Below, in pieces: positions 27,578-37,668 of a DNA stretch of 64,000 bases. Source of the DNA: Alphaproteobacteria bacterium (GTDB lineage Bacteria > Pseudomonadota > Alphaproteobacteria > MPNO01 > UBA830). The translations under genes and the position numbers were made by a program. Where the stretch lies: assembly GCA_965243135.1 (NCBI GenBank), contig OZ251539.1, positions 6,039,319 to 6,103,318 of the forward strand, written 5' to 3'. The first letter of the stretch is position 1. Each line of letters opens with the position of its first letter. The notes beneath the pieces were generated by a model. The model was given only the letters and a program-made list of their open reading frames with translations, made no database searches and was not told where the DNA came from.

Positions 27578-28020
27578 CTGCCGTCCGCCTTTCCGTTGCC
27601 TTGCCAGCGGCCGGATTCCTTCAGCGCTTCCGCGACCTCGGGCGGCATGTAGGTCTCGTCGTGCTTCGCCAGAACGCCGTCGGCGCGAAAGACGCCGTCG
27701 GGCAGCAGGCGTCCCTCCACGACGACGCCCTGACCTTCGCGGAACAGGTCCGGCAAAATCCCTTCGTAAATCACCTCCACCTCGTTTTTAAGATCCGTCA
27801 CGCGGAAGGCGACTCTGGCGCCCTGTTTGAGCAGGCTGCCCGTCTTCACCAGGCCGCCCATCCGCATCCTTTCGCCGGAAGCTTCCCGGGCGGCGATTTC
27901 GGAGGGGCTGCGGAAGTAAACGAGGTTGTCGTCGAGCGCCGTCAGCACCAGGGCGGCGGCGGTTCCGGCAGCCAGGGCCGCGAGAAGGAGGACGGACAGG
28001 CGGCGATGCTTGCGCTTCAT
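27574..28020 (-). CDS. ccmE: Heme chaperone CcmE
   Basis: LPDLFREGQGVV, LAKHDETYMPPE. Confidence 0.97.
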   Translation of the reverse strand: MKRKHRRLSVLLLAALAAGTAAALVLTALDDNLVYFRSPSEIAAREASGERMRMGGLVKTGSLLKQGARVAFRVTDLKNEVEVIYEGILPDLFREGQGVVVEGRLLPDGVFRADGVLAKHDETYMPPEVAEALKESGRWQGNGKADGS

Positions 28021-28190
28021 TCGGGCCGGTCCGCCCCGCGGCGGTCCGCTTCGAGGGCCGCGAGCTCTTTCTCCCGGGCTCGCATGGTCCGTATGCTGGC
28101 GATCGCGAGCGCCGCGAGCGTTGCCGCCGCGATTCCCCAGGCTGGCCAGACATAGGCGCCGTAACCGCCCATTTGAAGGAATTCGTTCAA
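28017..28190 (-). CDS. ccmD: Heme exporter protein CcmD
   Basis: MGGYGAYVWPAWG plus TM plus charged tail; lies between ccmC and ccmE; start codon uncertain. Confidence 0.88.
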   Translation of the reverse strand: MNEFLQMGGYGAYVWPAWGIAAATLAALAIASIRTMRAREKELAALEADRRGADRPE

Positions 28191-28218
28191 CGTCGGTTTC
28201 TCCGCCGGACCGCCCGCA

Positions 28219-28962
28219 TCAGGCCGGCGCGTCTTCCTGCCCGGCGCGCAGCCGGGACAAACGCAGGGCGCGGACACGCCGCGCCGCGAGTTCGCCGCGC
28301 GCCCGCACGATCACGAGCGACACGAACAGCATCGTGAAACCGGCGGCCATGAGCAGAAGCGGAATCAGCATCGATACGTGGATCGACGGCAGGCCCAGCT
28401 TGCTGACGCTCGCCGGCTGGTGCAGCGTGTTCCACCAATCGACGGAGAACTTGATGACCGGCAGGTTGATCGCTCCGAAGAGAGCGAGAATCGCTGCCGA
28501 TTTTTCCCCTCGCGCCGGTTCGTCGAACGCGTTGGCGAGCGCGATGAAGCCGAGATACAGGAAAAACAGTATCAGCACGGAGGTCAGTCTGGCGTCCCAT
28601 ACCCACCACGCGCCCCACATCGGCTTGCCCCACAGGGAGCCGGTTGCGAGGCAGATCAGGGTGAAGCAGGCCCCCACGGGAGCCGCCGCGCGCGCCAGGA
28701 CATGCGCCACCGGGTGCCTCCAGACGAGGCCGACGGCGCTGGCGGCCGCGACGCAGGCGTACGCGAACATCGCCATCCACGCGGCGGGAACGTGGACGTA
28801 CATGATGCGCACCGTCTGCCCCTGCTGGTAGTCGGGCGGAGAGGCCGCGAACGCGAAATACAATCCCGCCGCCAACGCCACCGCCGCCAGCGCGGTCGAC
28901 CAGGGCAGAACGGCGTTCGCGAGGCGCAGAAAGCGCGTCGGGTTGGCGAAACGATGCAACAT
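28219..28962 (-). CDS. ccmC: Heme ABC transporter permease CcmC
   Basis: RIMYVHVP, WGKPMWGAWWVWDARLTS, WWNTLHQ. Confidence 0.97.
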   Translation of the reverse strand: MLHRFANPTRFLRLANAVLPWSTALAAVALAAGLYFAFAASPPDYQQGQTVRIMYVHVPAAWMAMFAYACVAAASAVGLVWRHPVAHVLARAAAPVGACFTLICLATGSLWGKPMWGAWWVWDARLTSVLILFFLYLGFIALANAFDEPARGEKSAAILALFGAINLPVIKFSVDWWNTLHQPASVSKLGLPSIHVSMLIPLLLMAAGFTMLFVSLVIVRARGELAARRVRALRLSRLRAGQEDAPA

Positions 28963-29048
28963 GAGCGAGTTCTCCGCGCGGCCAGCCCGCAATCAGTAGC
29001 GCCTTGCGGCGCTCGATTGAAGGTTCTTGTTTCCGCTCCGCGGCAAGG

Positions 29049-29714
29049 CTATTCGACCGACGCTTTCAGCGCCGCCGCGCAGGCCCACGGGCAGAGCGCG
29101 AGGCAGCCGAGCGACATGGCGCACAGCATCAGGAGCGGCGGAGCGACGGCGAAGCCGCCGATCGCCGCTTGCACGGCCGACGTTCCGAAGACGAGCACCG
29201 GGACGAGCAGCGGAAGCACCAGCAGAGACAGCAGAACGCCGCCGCGCCGCGCGCCGAGGACGAGGGCGGCGCCAAGCGCGCCGATCTGGCTTACGACGGC
29301 CGTCCCCGCGGCCATCGCGGCCGCCATCGCGCCCAGCCCGGCCGGCTCCAGGCGAAGCATGACTCCGATCGCCGGCGCCGCGACCAGAAGGGGCAGGCCG
29401 GTCGTGAGCCAGTGCGCGCACACTTTGGCCAGGACCGACAACCACAGCGGAAAAGGCGCGAGGACGAGTTGGTCCAGAGTGCCGTCCTCGAAGTCGCTCT
29501 GAAACAGCCGGTCGAAGGACAGCATCGCCGCCAGCAGCGCGGCAACCCAGAGAATGCCGGGCGCAATTCGCGCGAGCAGGTTCGGTTCCGGGCCGACGCC
29601 GAACGGAAACAGGGCGGCGGCGATCGCGAAAAAGGCGATAACGAGCAGAGTATCGCTCGATTGACGCAGGGCCAGGCGAACGTCGCGTTCCGCGACGGCG
29701 TAAAACGCCCTCAC
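29049..29714 (-). CDS. ccmB: Heme exporter permease CcmB
   Basis: LFPFGVGPE, DFEDGTL, LVLPLLVPVLVFG. Confidence 0.95.
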   Translation of the reverse strand: MRAFYAVAERDVRLALRQSSDTLLVIAFFAIAAALFPFGVGPEPNLLARIAPGILWVAALLAAMLSFDRLFQSDFEDGTLDQLVLAPFPLWLSVLAKVCAHWLTTGLPLLVAAPAIGVMLRLEPAGLGAMAAAMAAGTAVVSQIGALGAALVLGARRGGVLLSLLVLPLLVPVLVFGTSAVQAAIGGFAVAPPLLMLCAMSLGCLALCPWACAAALKASVE

Positions 29715-30349
29715 TGCGGACCGCCCGGCGACGGAGCGTAATCGGAGACGTCGAGGCTCCGGCCGTCGATGTCGAGCGGGTCGTTGCTCGAAACGACCGC
29801 CATGCCGCCGTCGGCGCAGTGCCGGCCGATGGCCTTCGCGACGGTCGTCGCCGCCGCCGCATCGAGAGATGCCGTCGGCTCGTCCAGCAGCCAAAGCGGC
29901 GCGTCGGAGGCCAACGCGCGCGCCAGCGCCAGACGCCTGGTCTGTCCCGCGGACAGGAAACGCGCCGACAGGTCGGCCAGGGCGGCGATGTCCATGCGGC
30001 GCAGCGCGCCCGCCAGTTCTTCTTCGCGGACGGCGCTGCGCAGGCGGGCGTGAAACGCCAGATTCTCCATGACCGTCAGCGCCGGCTTCACGGCGTCGCG
30101 ATGGCCGAGAAAATGGATCGCGCCGTTGAATTCCTCCCGGTCTTCGCGCGCCGGCCGGCCGTTCCAGCGGACTTCTCCGGCGGCGGGCCGGGCGAGTCCG
30201 GCCATCAGCCGCAGGAGGCTCGTCTTGCCGGCGCCGTTGGGTCCGCGCAGGACGAGCGCGCCGCCCGGCGCGAGCGAAAAATCGAGGCCCTGAAACACGA
30301 GGCGCTCGCCCCGGATGCAGGCCAGGCCGTGTCCGGCGAAGCCCTTCAT
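29711..30349 (-). CDS. ccmA: Heme ABC exporter ATPase CcmA
   Basis: GPNGAGKT, LGHRDAVK, LSAGQ, LWLLDEP. Confidence 0.96.
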   Translation of the reverse strand: MKGFAGHGLACIRGERLVFQGLDFSLAPGGALVLRGPNGAGKTSLLRLMAGLARPAAGEVRWNGRPAREDREEFNGAIHFLGHRDAVKPALTVMENLAFHARLRSAVREEELAGALRRMDIAALADLSARFLSAGQTRRLALARALASDAPLWLLDEPTASLDAAAATTVAKAIGRHCADGGMAVVSSNDPLDIDGRSLDVSDYAPSPGGPQ

Positions 30350-30569
30350 GGCGCGGCGGCAACATCCGCCGCGCCGGCGAACGCCAAGGGCCGCGGCGAC
30401 CTGCAGCCGAAGGTCATTGTCTTGAGCGCCTCCCGCCGCGGCGTGCCGGTCATGCGCGAGGCGTCGCGAGCAAGGGGCGAGGAAGGCTGGGTCGTCCGGC
30501 AGGATTTTCGGTCCGTAGGTTTCGCCCGCCCGATTCGGCCTCCGGGCTCCGACGTTCGCGCGCGTCGTC

Positions 30570-31013
30570 TCATGAAAAAATCGTCGCGTTGCTTCCGTCA
30601 GGGAATCGCCGCAGTAGATCGCTCGGTCGTTCCGCCCATCGGATCATCTTGTCCGGATCTCCCAAGTCTTCCGACTGCCGTTTGTCGGCGATTTTGGCGA
30701 TGGCAACCGGAACGAAATCGGAATCGATCCATCGAGGCGCGATTCTGGCAGCTGCGTCCGCGCCTGGTTGTCCGGCTATTTTATTGCGACCGAGCCTGGT
30801 CGCCTTCAGTTCGACGGGCGTTACCCAGTTTTTTCCTCCGGCGGCTACGAACGAATAATCGCAACGCTTGCTGCGCGCAGGCGCGTTCTCGTCTTCCGAA
30901 CGAGGTTGCGGCGCGTTTTCCAGAGAAATCGAACATTCTCCCTTCTGAACTTCATTCGTTTCCACGTGCGATTCGTTCGAGTTTCCTCGAACGCAATCGA
31001 CTATATTCGTCAT
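30570..31013 (-). CDS. Putative PD-(D/E)xK-like protein partnered with the ATPase (possibly decayed)
   Basis: KRCDYSF...PVELK...Q motif; ATGA overlap with the ATPase stop. Confidence 0.5.
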   Translation of the reverse strand: MTNIVDCVRGNSNESHVETNEVQKGECSISLENAPQPRSEDENAPARSKRCDYSFVAAGGKNWVTPVELKATRLGRNKIAGQPGADAAARIAPRWIDSDFVPVAIAKIADKRQSEDLGDPDKMIRWAERPSDLLRRFPDGSNATIFS

Positions 31014-32434
31014 TCCGACTTTCCCATGCGACTTCTTATTTCCGCCCAGTTGTTGTGAAGAGCAGCGGATACCCTGGAAAAACCAGAGGGGTAAAGTCCG
31101 GTCTCCTCGAGACGGATTTCCTTGACGACGGATCCCCCTTCTTGCGGTTCGAACGACCAAGCTCCGACCTGATCCGTTCGCAGTGCCATCTCGCCGTTCG
31201 GAAGGCCATGCCTCGCGTCGCTCGGGAGTTCGGAAATTTGAACCAGATTCGCCAGTTCTTCCAATATCCACTCGCTGTGGGTCGTGACGATCACCCTGAC
31301 TCCCGTTCGGACGATCATCGCGAGTTGGCGCGTGAATTCGACCTGCATCCCGGGATGCAGGTGCGATTCCGGTTCTTCGACGATCAGCACGTCGTCGGGT
31401 CGGACCAGGTGCCGCAGGTACAGGACCAGCGGCGCCAGCTCGGATACCATGGACGAAGCGTTCGTCAGCGGCAAAGTCCGTTTCCATCCGTTTGGCCGAT
31501 AGGCGAAGGCCGGATAGCCGCTCGCCCTGCGAATCCTTACGGATCCCTCAAGGATTCGGTCTTCGATGGGCGCGCCGAGGTCCGGTCGAGATTCGGAGCG
31601 CGGCTGCGGCTGACCGCCAAGTTCGGCGAGTCGTTCCAGAAAGTCCGCTAGAACGCCGGGGAGCGCGGCCGTCGATGAACCTTCCCTCGGCGCGCCGACG
31701 ATCAAGGCGCCATGCGCATGCATGATGCCGGTCCTGTCGGCGGGGAGATAAAACGGTCGAAAAATCAGCGCGCCGCAAACCTGCCGTAGAACCATATCAG
31801 CGACAGCTCGCGCCAAAGAATGAATTTCGTCCGTTTCCCATCTCTTCAAGGATGACGCAAGCGTTTCTATGTCTTCAATTTGTTCTTGGTCGTAGATTTG
31901 AACATTCTTTGGAACTTTCGTCGCAATCGTAGCCTTGCGCGCGCCAATCAATATGTCGTGCCGGGCGGATTCGTTGTTTCTTCTTATGATAACTTTCGCC
32001 TCATTTTTATTTCCTCCTGAAATCAAGAATTTAGACTCGCTTATCCCGAAACATCTGCATAATTCGTCTTCAATTTCCGACGAATTCGATTGAGAAATCA
32101 TATCGCTAATTCCGTCGGCTAAAATATCCGGTATCGCAATATCGTCTCCAATCCTAACTTCTCCATTAAATGTTTTTTTCGTCCATTCAATCACTTCTCG
32201 CGATATGGATTTTTCGTATCCGTAATTTGTTGAACTAACGAAAGGAAATCGACCAGAAATACAGCCGGCATTGTTGAAAAATTTATGAAGCGCATAAATC
32301 AAAATAGTGAGATAGGATTTGCCCGCGTTGCCGGGGCCGACAAATACCGTCAACGGTCGCAGGTCTATTTTGGCTTTTGAAATCGGACCGAAGTCGGAGA
32401 CCTCGATTTCAAGATCGTTGGGCGCGTTGTTCAT
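31010..32434 (-). CDS. ABC-type ATPase of the AAA_15/AAA_21 (AbiEii-like) class
   Basis: DFGPI...LTVFVGPGNAGKS, YLPADR, ASSMVSELAP, IVEEPESHLHP, TTHS. Confidence 0.88.
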   Translation of the reverse strand: MNNAPNDLEIEVSDFGPISKAKIDLRPLTVFVGPGNAGKSYLTILIYALHKFFNNAGCISGRFPFVSSTNYGYEKSISREVIEWTKKTFNGEVRIGDDIAIPDILADGISDMISQSNSSEIEDELCRCFGISESKFLISGGNKNEAKVIIRRNNESARHDILIGARKATIATKVPKNVQIYDQEQIEDIETLASSLKRWETDEIHSLARAVADMVLRQVCGALIFRPFYLPADRTGIMHAHGALIVGAPREGSSTAALPGVLADFLERLAELGGQPQPRSESRPDLGAPIEDRILEGSVRIRRASGYPAFAYRPNGWKRTLPLTNASSMVSELAPLVLYLRHLVRPDDVLIVEEPESHLHPGMQVEFTRQLAMIVRTGVRVIVTTHSEWILEELANLVQISELPSDARHGLPNGEMALRTDQVGAWSFEPQEGGSVVKEIRLEETGLYPSGFSRVSAALHNNWAEIRSRMGKSE

Positions 32435-32651
32435 TTATCGGTTTCCGATTTTCCCGTTCCGTATCCTGGCGAACGCTAATGCGAAAAAGAATCCCGGCCA
32501 GCCGTTCCCCGTTCTTCGTTGCGAAACCAGAGCCGAAAAACGAAGCTACGCCGCGGCGGCCGTCGATCGCGCGAAGGGAATCGCGCAAGCGCCCATGGTG
32601 CGTCGGTCCGGTTGCATGAATTTTCCCTTGGCGGCTTGCGTCCGTCTTCCG

Positions 32652-33425
32652 TTACAGGGCGAATCTGTGGATGATCGCAAGCCGCAGGAGACCGAGGCTG
32701 TTTTCGACGCGGTAGGGACAGGCTCTCCTTTCGCCTCCCCGGCGGCAACTGCTGTTGGCGGAGCGATTGAGGGTGTGCTTGCTCTGCCCGAAATCCAGAT
32801 ACGAGCCTTCGATCCGCAGCGTCCAGGCATTGGTGAGGGCGGTTTCGGCGCCGACCCCGATCACCCAGCCGATTTTGGTCGGTCGGTCGCGGAAGGAATC
32901 GTCGGGGTCTACATGCCACGCGCTGGGGTCAATTCCGGGACCGTCTAGATCGGTGACCGAATTTTCGATCCAGGCGGCCGCCAGCCCTGCGGTGGCGAAG
33001 ATGGTCGCGGGTCCGATGGCGTGCTCCAATCCGGCGCGCGCCGTGGCGAGCCATTGGAGTTTCGACGCCGCCGTCTCGTCTCCGACGTTCGGGTCCAAAG
33101 CCTTTGTGAACGCCGGAAGGTCGGCGAACACCGTGTCGATTTCGATTCGGACGGGCACGGCCTCGAACTTCATTCCGATCAGTACGCCGCCAGCGAGTCC
33201 GGGGTCATCGTAATCGACGCTATAGCCAGGATTGCCCGTGTTGGAAAAGCCGTCGACATCGACGATCCGGTTACGGGTATCCGCTGCGCCGACGAAGACG
33301 CCGCCGTAAACCCCCGAGGCGGCATCCACGGCGTTGGTGGAATAGCCGAGAACGAGCGCGGCCGATAAGCAGACAGCTGCATACCGCCGAGCGGCACCGA
33401 ACTTCAAAACGACGCGTTCCTTCAT
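32652..33425 (-). CDS. Outer-membrane beta-barrel protein (Omp25/RopB-like)
   Basis: Signal peptide, GVYGGVFVG, WLATARAGL, GWVIGVGAE, LRIEGSYLDFG. Confidence 0.78.
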   Translation of the reverse strand: MKERVVLKFGAARRYAAVCLSAALVLGYSTNAVDAASGVYGGVFVGAADTRNRIVDVDGFSNTGNPGYSVDYDDPGLAGGVLIGMKFEAVPVRIEIDTVFADLPAFTKALDPNVGDETAASKLQWLATARAGLEHAIGPATIFATAGLAAAWIENSVTDLDGPGIDPSAWHVDPDDSFRDRPTKIGWVIGVGAETALTNAWTLRIEGSYLDFGQSKHTLNRSANSSCRRGGERRACPYRVENSLGLLRLAIIHRFAL

Positions 33426-33631
33426 GGTCACCATATCCGTTTTCCACAGAGAAGCATCCGAAGATCGCTTCCAGAATACCAAAATGCGCCGAAGTAGTCG
33501 AGGATCTCGCGTTCGCGCCGCTCGGCGCCGGCTCGACGGCGGCGAACAGGAACCTTTTCCTCCAAACCGTCCGCCACCAACGTATAATTTTCAAATTTAT
33601 AAAGATCGCTGGATGCCGTAATCTGCTTCTC

Positions 33632-34563
33632 TAGAGCGAAAAAGATCCCGGGATCTCGCCATGCCGTTTCAGAGCCGCCGGTCCCCGCTGGAACTCGCCG
33701 CGGACATTCGAGCGGCGTTGGAAACCATCAGCCGGTCAAGGTCGGAACCAGTGCATCGGGTGACGCGAGCGGCCATGCTGCTCGCCTACGCTTCCGGCGC
33801 GACGATCTCTTCCATCGCCCGCAGCCTCGGCGCCGATCGTCAGAAGGTCGGGCGCTGCGTCGACAAGGCGCTTCGGCTTGGCGCGCTGGCTGCGTTGGAG
33901 GACCTGCCGAGATCCGGCCGCCCGCCGCAGATTTCTTCGGAAGCGCGGAAGTGGGTTGTCGCGCTGGCTTGCCGGAAGCCGAAGGACTTGGGCTATGCGG
34001 AGGAGTCGTGGACGATGAAGCTGCTGGCGCAGCACGTTCGGCAGCATTGCGAAGGAGCGAACCACCCGAGCCTTTCGAAACTGGCGCCCGCAACGGTGTG
34101 GAAGATTCTTTCGCGGCAGGAAAACCGCCCTCGCAAGAACTCCTATCGCCTTGAACGACGGGGTTCGACAGGAAGGTAGTTGAAGCGCCAACGTTCTGCG
34201 GGCGGGTCGCTGCGCGAGCGGGAAAGCCGATCGGACGCGCCGTCGGTCGCCCGCGTTTCCCGCGACGGGAAACCGGGCGTCCAGGCGATCGGCAAGACCG
34301 CGCCCGACCTTCCGCCCGTTCCCGGACGCCGCTCCGCCCACGCCTGCGAGCGCAAGCGTCACGGTCGCGACCGGCATGGACGCGGCGACCGGTCGCAGTG
34401 CGGTCGTCGACCCGGGATCTCGTCGCCTTTCGCCGGCAGCTGGACGCCAGTCGCCCTCCGGCAACCAGGCTCCGGCCGTTCCGGACAACCGCGCGCGCCG
34501 AAACGCGAGCCTTTCCGGCGGTCCGCCGGTGCGAGCTCGCGTTCAAGCCGAAGCATGGGCTGA
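33632..34563 (+). mobile_element. IS630-family element, decayed transposase
   Basis: Intact HTH part 33661-34179 (DLPRSGRP, ACRKPKDLG, WTMKLLA), then degenerate GKPGVQAIGKTAPDLPPVPG..KRHG and FKPKHG; cTAGAGC at ~33632 resembles an IS630 end. Confidence 0.85.
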
Positions 34564-34986
34564 GCGGAGTCGGTAAGGCCGCTTGCGCCCCGCTTCCCGG
34601 GGCGGACTCGAAGCAAGAGCCGCGGCGTCGTCCGGACGTTCCTTTTCCGGCGCTCGGGCTTCCGGCAGGAATCGTTTGGCTATGCGCCGGGCGCGCTCCG
34701 GCGCCGGCCTCCCGTCGCAAGGCTCGCCTCCCGTCAGAAAGCGAAGGATGCCTTCGTGGGGGCGATCCCGCGCCGGTTCCGGCCCGCGCGTCCCCGGAGC
34801 CGGTCCGGTTCAAGTAAGGCTCTCCGAAGAACGACCCGCGTGGCGAGTTCGCCGTTGAAGTTGAAGAAGTGCGCCCGCGCGGAGGGCCCGCGTCCGGGAG
34901 CGAGGATCCCGAGGGCGGCCGCGCCGCTCTTGGAAACCGCGTCGTCTGCGGCTATTTTGCCGTCGGATCGACATGGAGACGACGAC

Positions 34987-37662
34987 GTGAGCGTTACCGG
35001 ACAAGACACGCTGAAGGCGCGGCGCACCCTCGAAGCGGGCGGCCGCGCGTACGATTACTTTAGCCTGGATGCCGTGTCGGAAGCCGGTTTCGGCGATATC
35101 TCGCGACTGCCCGCCTCGCTCAAGGTGCTCGTCGAGAACATGTTGCGTTACGAGGACGGCCGCTCGGTGACCGTCTCCGACATCGAAAGGGCCGCTCGGT
35201 GGGTCGATACGCGCCGCTCCGACCTCGAAATCGCCTATCGGCCCGCCCGCATTCTTCTTCAGGACTTCACTGGCGTGCCGGCCGTGGTCGATCTGGCGGC
35301 CATGCGTCAGGCGATGGTCGACCTCGGAGGAGACCCGCAGCGCATCAACCCGCTCAGCGCCGTCGATCTCGTGATCGACCACTCGGTGATGATCGACGAG
35401 TTCGGCAGCAGCGACGCGTTCTCCAGGAACGTCGAACTCGAGTTCGAGCGCAACCGGGAGCGCTACGAGTTCCTCAGATGGGGCGCCAACGCTTTCGACA
35501 ACTTCCGCGTCGTGCCGCCCGGCACCGGAATTTGCCACCAGGTCAACCTCGAGTACCTGTCGCAAACCGTCTGGGTGACGAAGGGCGCCGATGGCGCGGA
35601 CATCGCCTATCCGGACACCGCCGTCGGCACCGACAGCCACACCACGATGGTCAACGGCCTCTCCGTTCTTGCCTGGGGAGTCGGCGGCATCGAGGCGGAG
35701 GCGGCGATGCTGGGCCAGCCCATATCCATGCTGCTGCCGGAAGTGGTGGGGTTCAGGCTCGCCGGCCGGTTGCGGGAGGGCGCCACCGCGACCGACCTCG
35801 TCCTGACGATCACCCAGATGCTGCGAGAACGCGGAGTGGTCGGGAAGTTCGTCGAGTTCTTCGGCACGGGCGTGGGCGAGCTGTCCCTTCCCGATCGCGC
35901 GACGATCGGGAACATGGCGCCCGAATACGGCGCCACCTGCGGGTTTTTTCCGGTCGACCGAGAAACCTGCGACTACCTCGAGTTCACCGGCCGCGACCGG
36001 GCGGCGCTGGTCGAAGCCTATGCTCGCGCGCAGGGCATGTGGCGCGGCGACGATGCGCCGGAGCCGGTGTTCACCGATACGCTCGAACTCGATCTGGACG
36101 CCGTGGAACCGTCGCTCGCCGGGCCCCGCCGGCCGCAGGACCGGGTCGTCCTGTCGCAGGTCCGGCAGACGGCGCTCGACGCCATCGCCGAACACCGAGG
36201 CGCGGAGCCGGCCGACGCTCCGAGGCAGGACGGCGGGGTGGAGGACGGCGACGTCGTTATCGCGGCGGTCACCAGCTGCACCAACACGTCGAATCCTTCG
36301 GTTCTGGTCGGCGCCGGGCTGCTGGCGCGCAACGCCGTCGCCCGCGGACTGAAGGTCAAGCCGTGGGTCAAGACTTCGCTCGCGCCGGGCAGCCAGGTCG
36401 TGCGGGACTATCTGGAAAAGGCGGGTCTGCAGGACGACCTCGATCGCCTCGGCTTCAATATCGTCGGTTTCGGATGCACGACCTGCATCGGGAATTCCGG
36501 GCCGTTGCCTGAAAAGGTGGCGGCCGCGGTGGACGACGGCGATCTCGTGGTCGGCGCCGTGCTGTCGGGAAACCGCAACTTCGAGGGCCGCGTTCATGCG
36601 CAGGTGCGCGCCAATTTTCTCGCGTCGCCGCCGCTTGTCGTCGCCTACGCGCTCGCGGGTTCGCTCAAGGTCGACCTTACGCAGGATCCCCTCGGAGAGG
36701 ATTCGGACGGCAATCCCGTCTACCTGAAGGACGTGTGGCCCGCCGACTCGGAAATCCGGGACACGATCAGGGATTGCCTGACGTCCGACATGTACCGGAG
36801 CCGCTACGCCAACGTCTTCGAAGGCCCGGAGCAGTGGAAATCCATCGACAGCCCCGGCAGCGAGACCTACGCTTGGCAGGATTCGAGCACCTACGTCAAA
36901 TACCCCACGTTCTTCGCCGGCATGGAACGCGAACCGGACGAGGTCGTCGATATCGAGGGGGCCCGGCCGCTCCTGATCCTCGGAGACTCGGTCACGACCG
37001 ACCACATCTCGCCTGCGGGCGGCATCCAGCGCGAAAGTCCCGCCGGGGAGTATCTGCTCGAACGCCAGATCCGGCCGGCCCAGTTCAATTCCTACGGTTC
37101 GCGGCGCGGCAATCACGAAGTGATGATGCGCGGCACGTTCGCCAATATCAGGATTCGCAACGAGATGGCGCCGGGCGTCGAGGGCGGCGTCACCCGCCAC
37201 CAGCCGTCGGGCCGGCAAATGCCGGTCTACGACGCGGCGATGGAGTACCGGAAGGACGGGGTGAACCTCGTCGTCGTCGGCGGCAAGGAATACGGTACCG
37301 GATCGTCGCGCGATTGGGCGGCCAAGGGGACGGCGCTGCTGGGCGTCAAGGCGGTGATCGCCGAAAGCTTCGAACGCATCCACCGCTCCAACCTGATCGG
37401 GATGGGCGTGCTGCCCCTGCAGTTCAAGCCCGGCACGACGCGCCGGGCGCTCGCTCTCGACGGCACCGAGGTCTACGACATCGCGGGCATCGCCGAAGGC
37501 CTCGCGCCGCGCTGCGAGCTGTCGTGCAGCGTCCGCCGGGCGGACGGCGAAACCGCGAGCTTTCCGCTGGATTGCCGTATCGATACGCTGGACGAACTCG
37601 ACTATTACAGGCACGGGGGCATCCTGCGGTACGTCGTCCGCAACATGCTGGAGGCGGCGTAG
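34987..37662 (+). CDS. acnA: Aconitate hydratase A
   Basis: QDFTGVP, GTDSHT, SCTNTSN, GCTTCIGNSG, TTDHISPAG, GSSRDWAAKG. Confidence 0.98.
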   Translation: MSVTGQDTLKARRTLEAGGRAYDYFSLDAVSEAGFGDISRLPASLKVLVENMLRYEDGRSVTVSDIERAARWVDTRRSDLEIAYRPARILLQDFTGVPAVVDLAAMRQAMVDLGGDPQRINPLSAVDLVIDHSVMIDEFGSSDAFSRNVELEFERNRERYEFLRWGANAFDNFRVVPPGTGICHQVNLEYLSQTVWVTKGADGADIAYPDTAVGTDSHTTMVNGLSVLAWGVGGIEAEAAMLGQPISMLLPEVVGFRLAGRLREGATATDLVLTITQMLRERGVVGKFVEFFGTGVGELSLPDRATIGNMAPEYGATCGFFPVDRETCDYLEFTGRDRAALVEAYARAQGMWRGDDAPEPVFTDTLELDLDAVEPSLAGPRRPQDRVVLSQVRQTALDAIAEHRGAEPADAPRQDGGVEDGDVVIAAVTSCTNTSNPSVLVGAGLLARNAVARGLKVKPWVKTSLAPGSQVVRDYLEKAGLQDDLDRLGFNIVGFGCTTCIGNSGPLPEKVAAAVDDGDLVVGAVLSGNRNFEGRVHAQVRANFLASPPLVVAYALAGSLKVDLTQDPLGEDSDGNPVYLKDVWPADSEIRDTIRDCLTSDMYRSRYANVFEGPEQWKSIDSPGSETYAWQDSSTYVKYPTFFAGMEREPDEVVDIEGARPLLILGDSVTTDHISPAGGIQRESPAGEYLLERQIRPAQFNSYGSRRGNHEVMMRGTFANIRIRNEMAPGVEGGVTRHQPSGRQMPVYDAAMEYRKDGVNLVVVGGKEYGTGSSRDWAAKGTALLGVKAVIAESFERIHRSNLIGMGVLPLQFKPGTTRRALALDGTEVYDIAGIAEGLAPRCELSCSVRRADGETASFPLDCRIDTLDELDYYRHGGILRYVVRNMLEAA

Positions 37663-37668
37663 CCGCCT

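Noticed and set aside
34810-37614. 934-aa minus-strand ORF
   Set aside because: Antisense shadow of acnA, expected from high-GC codon bias
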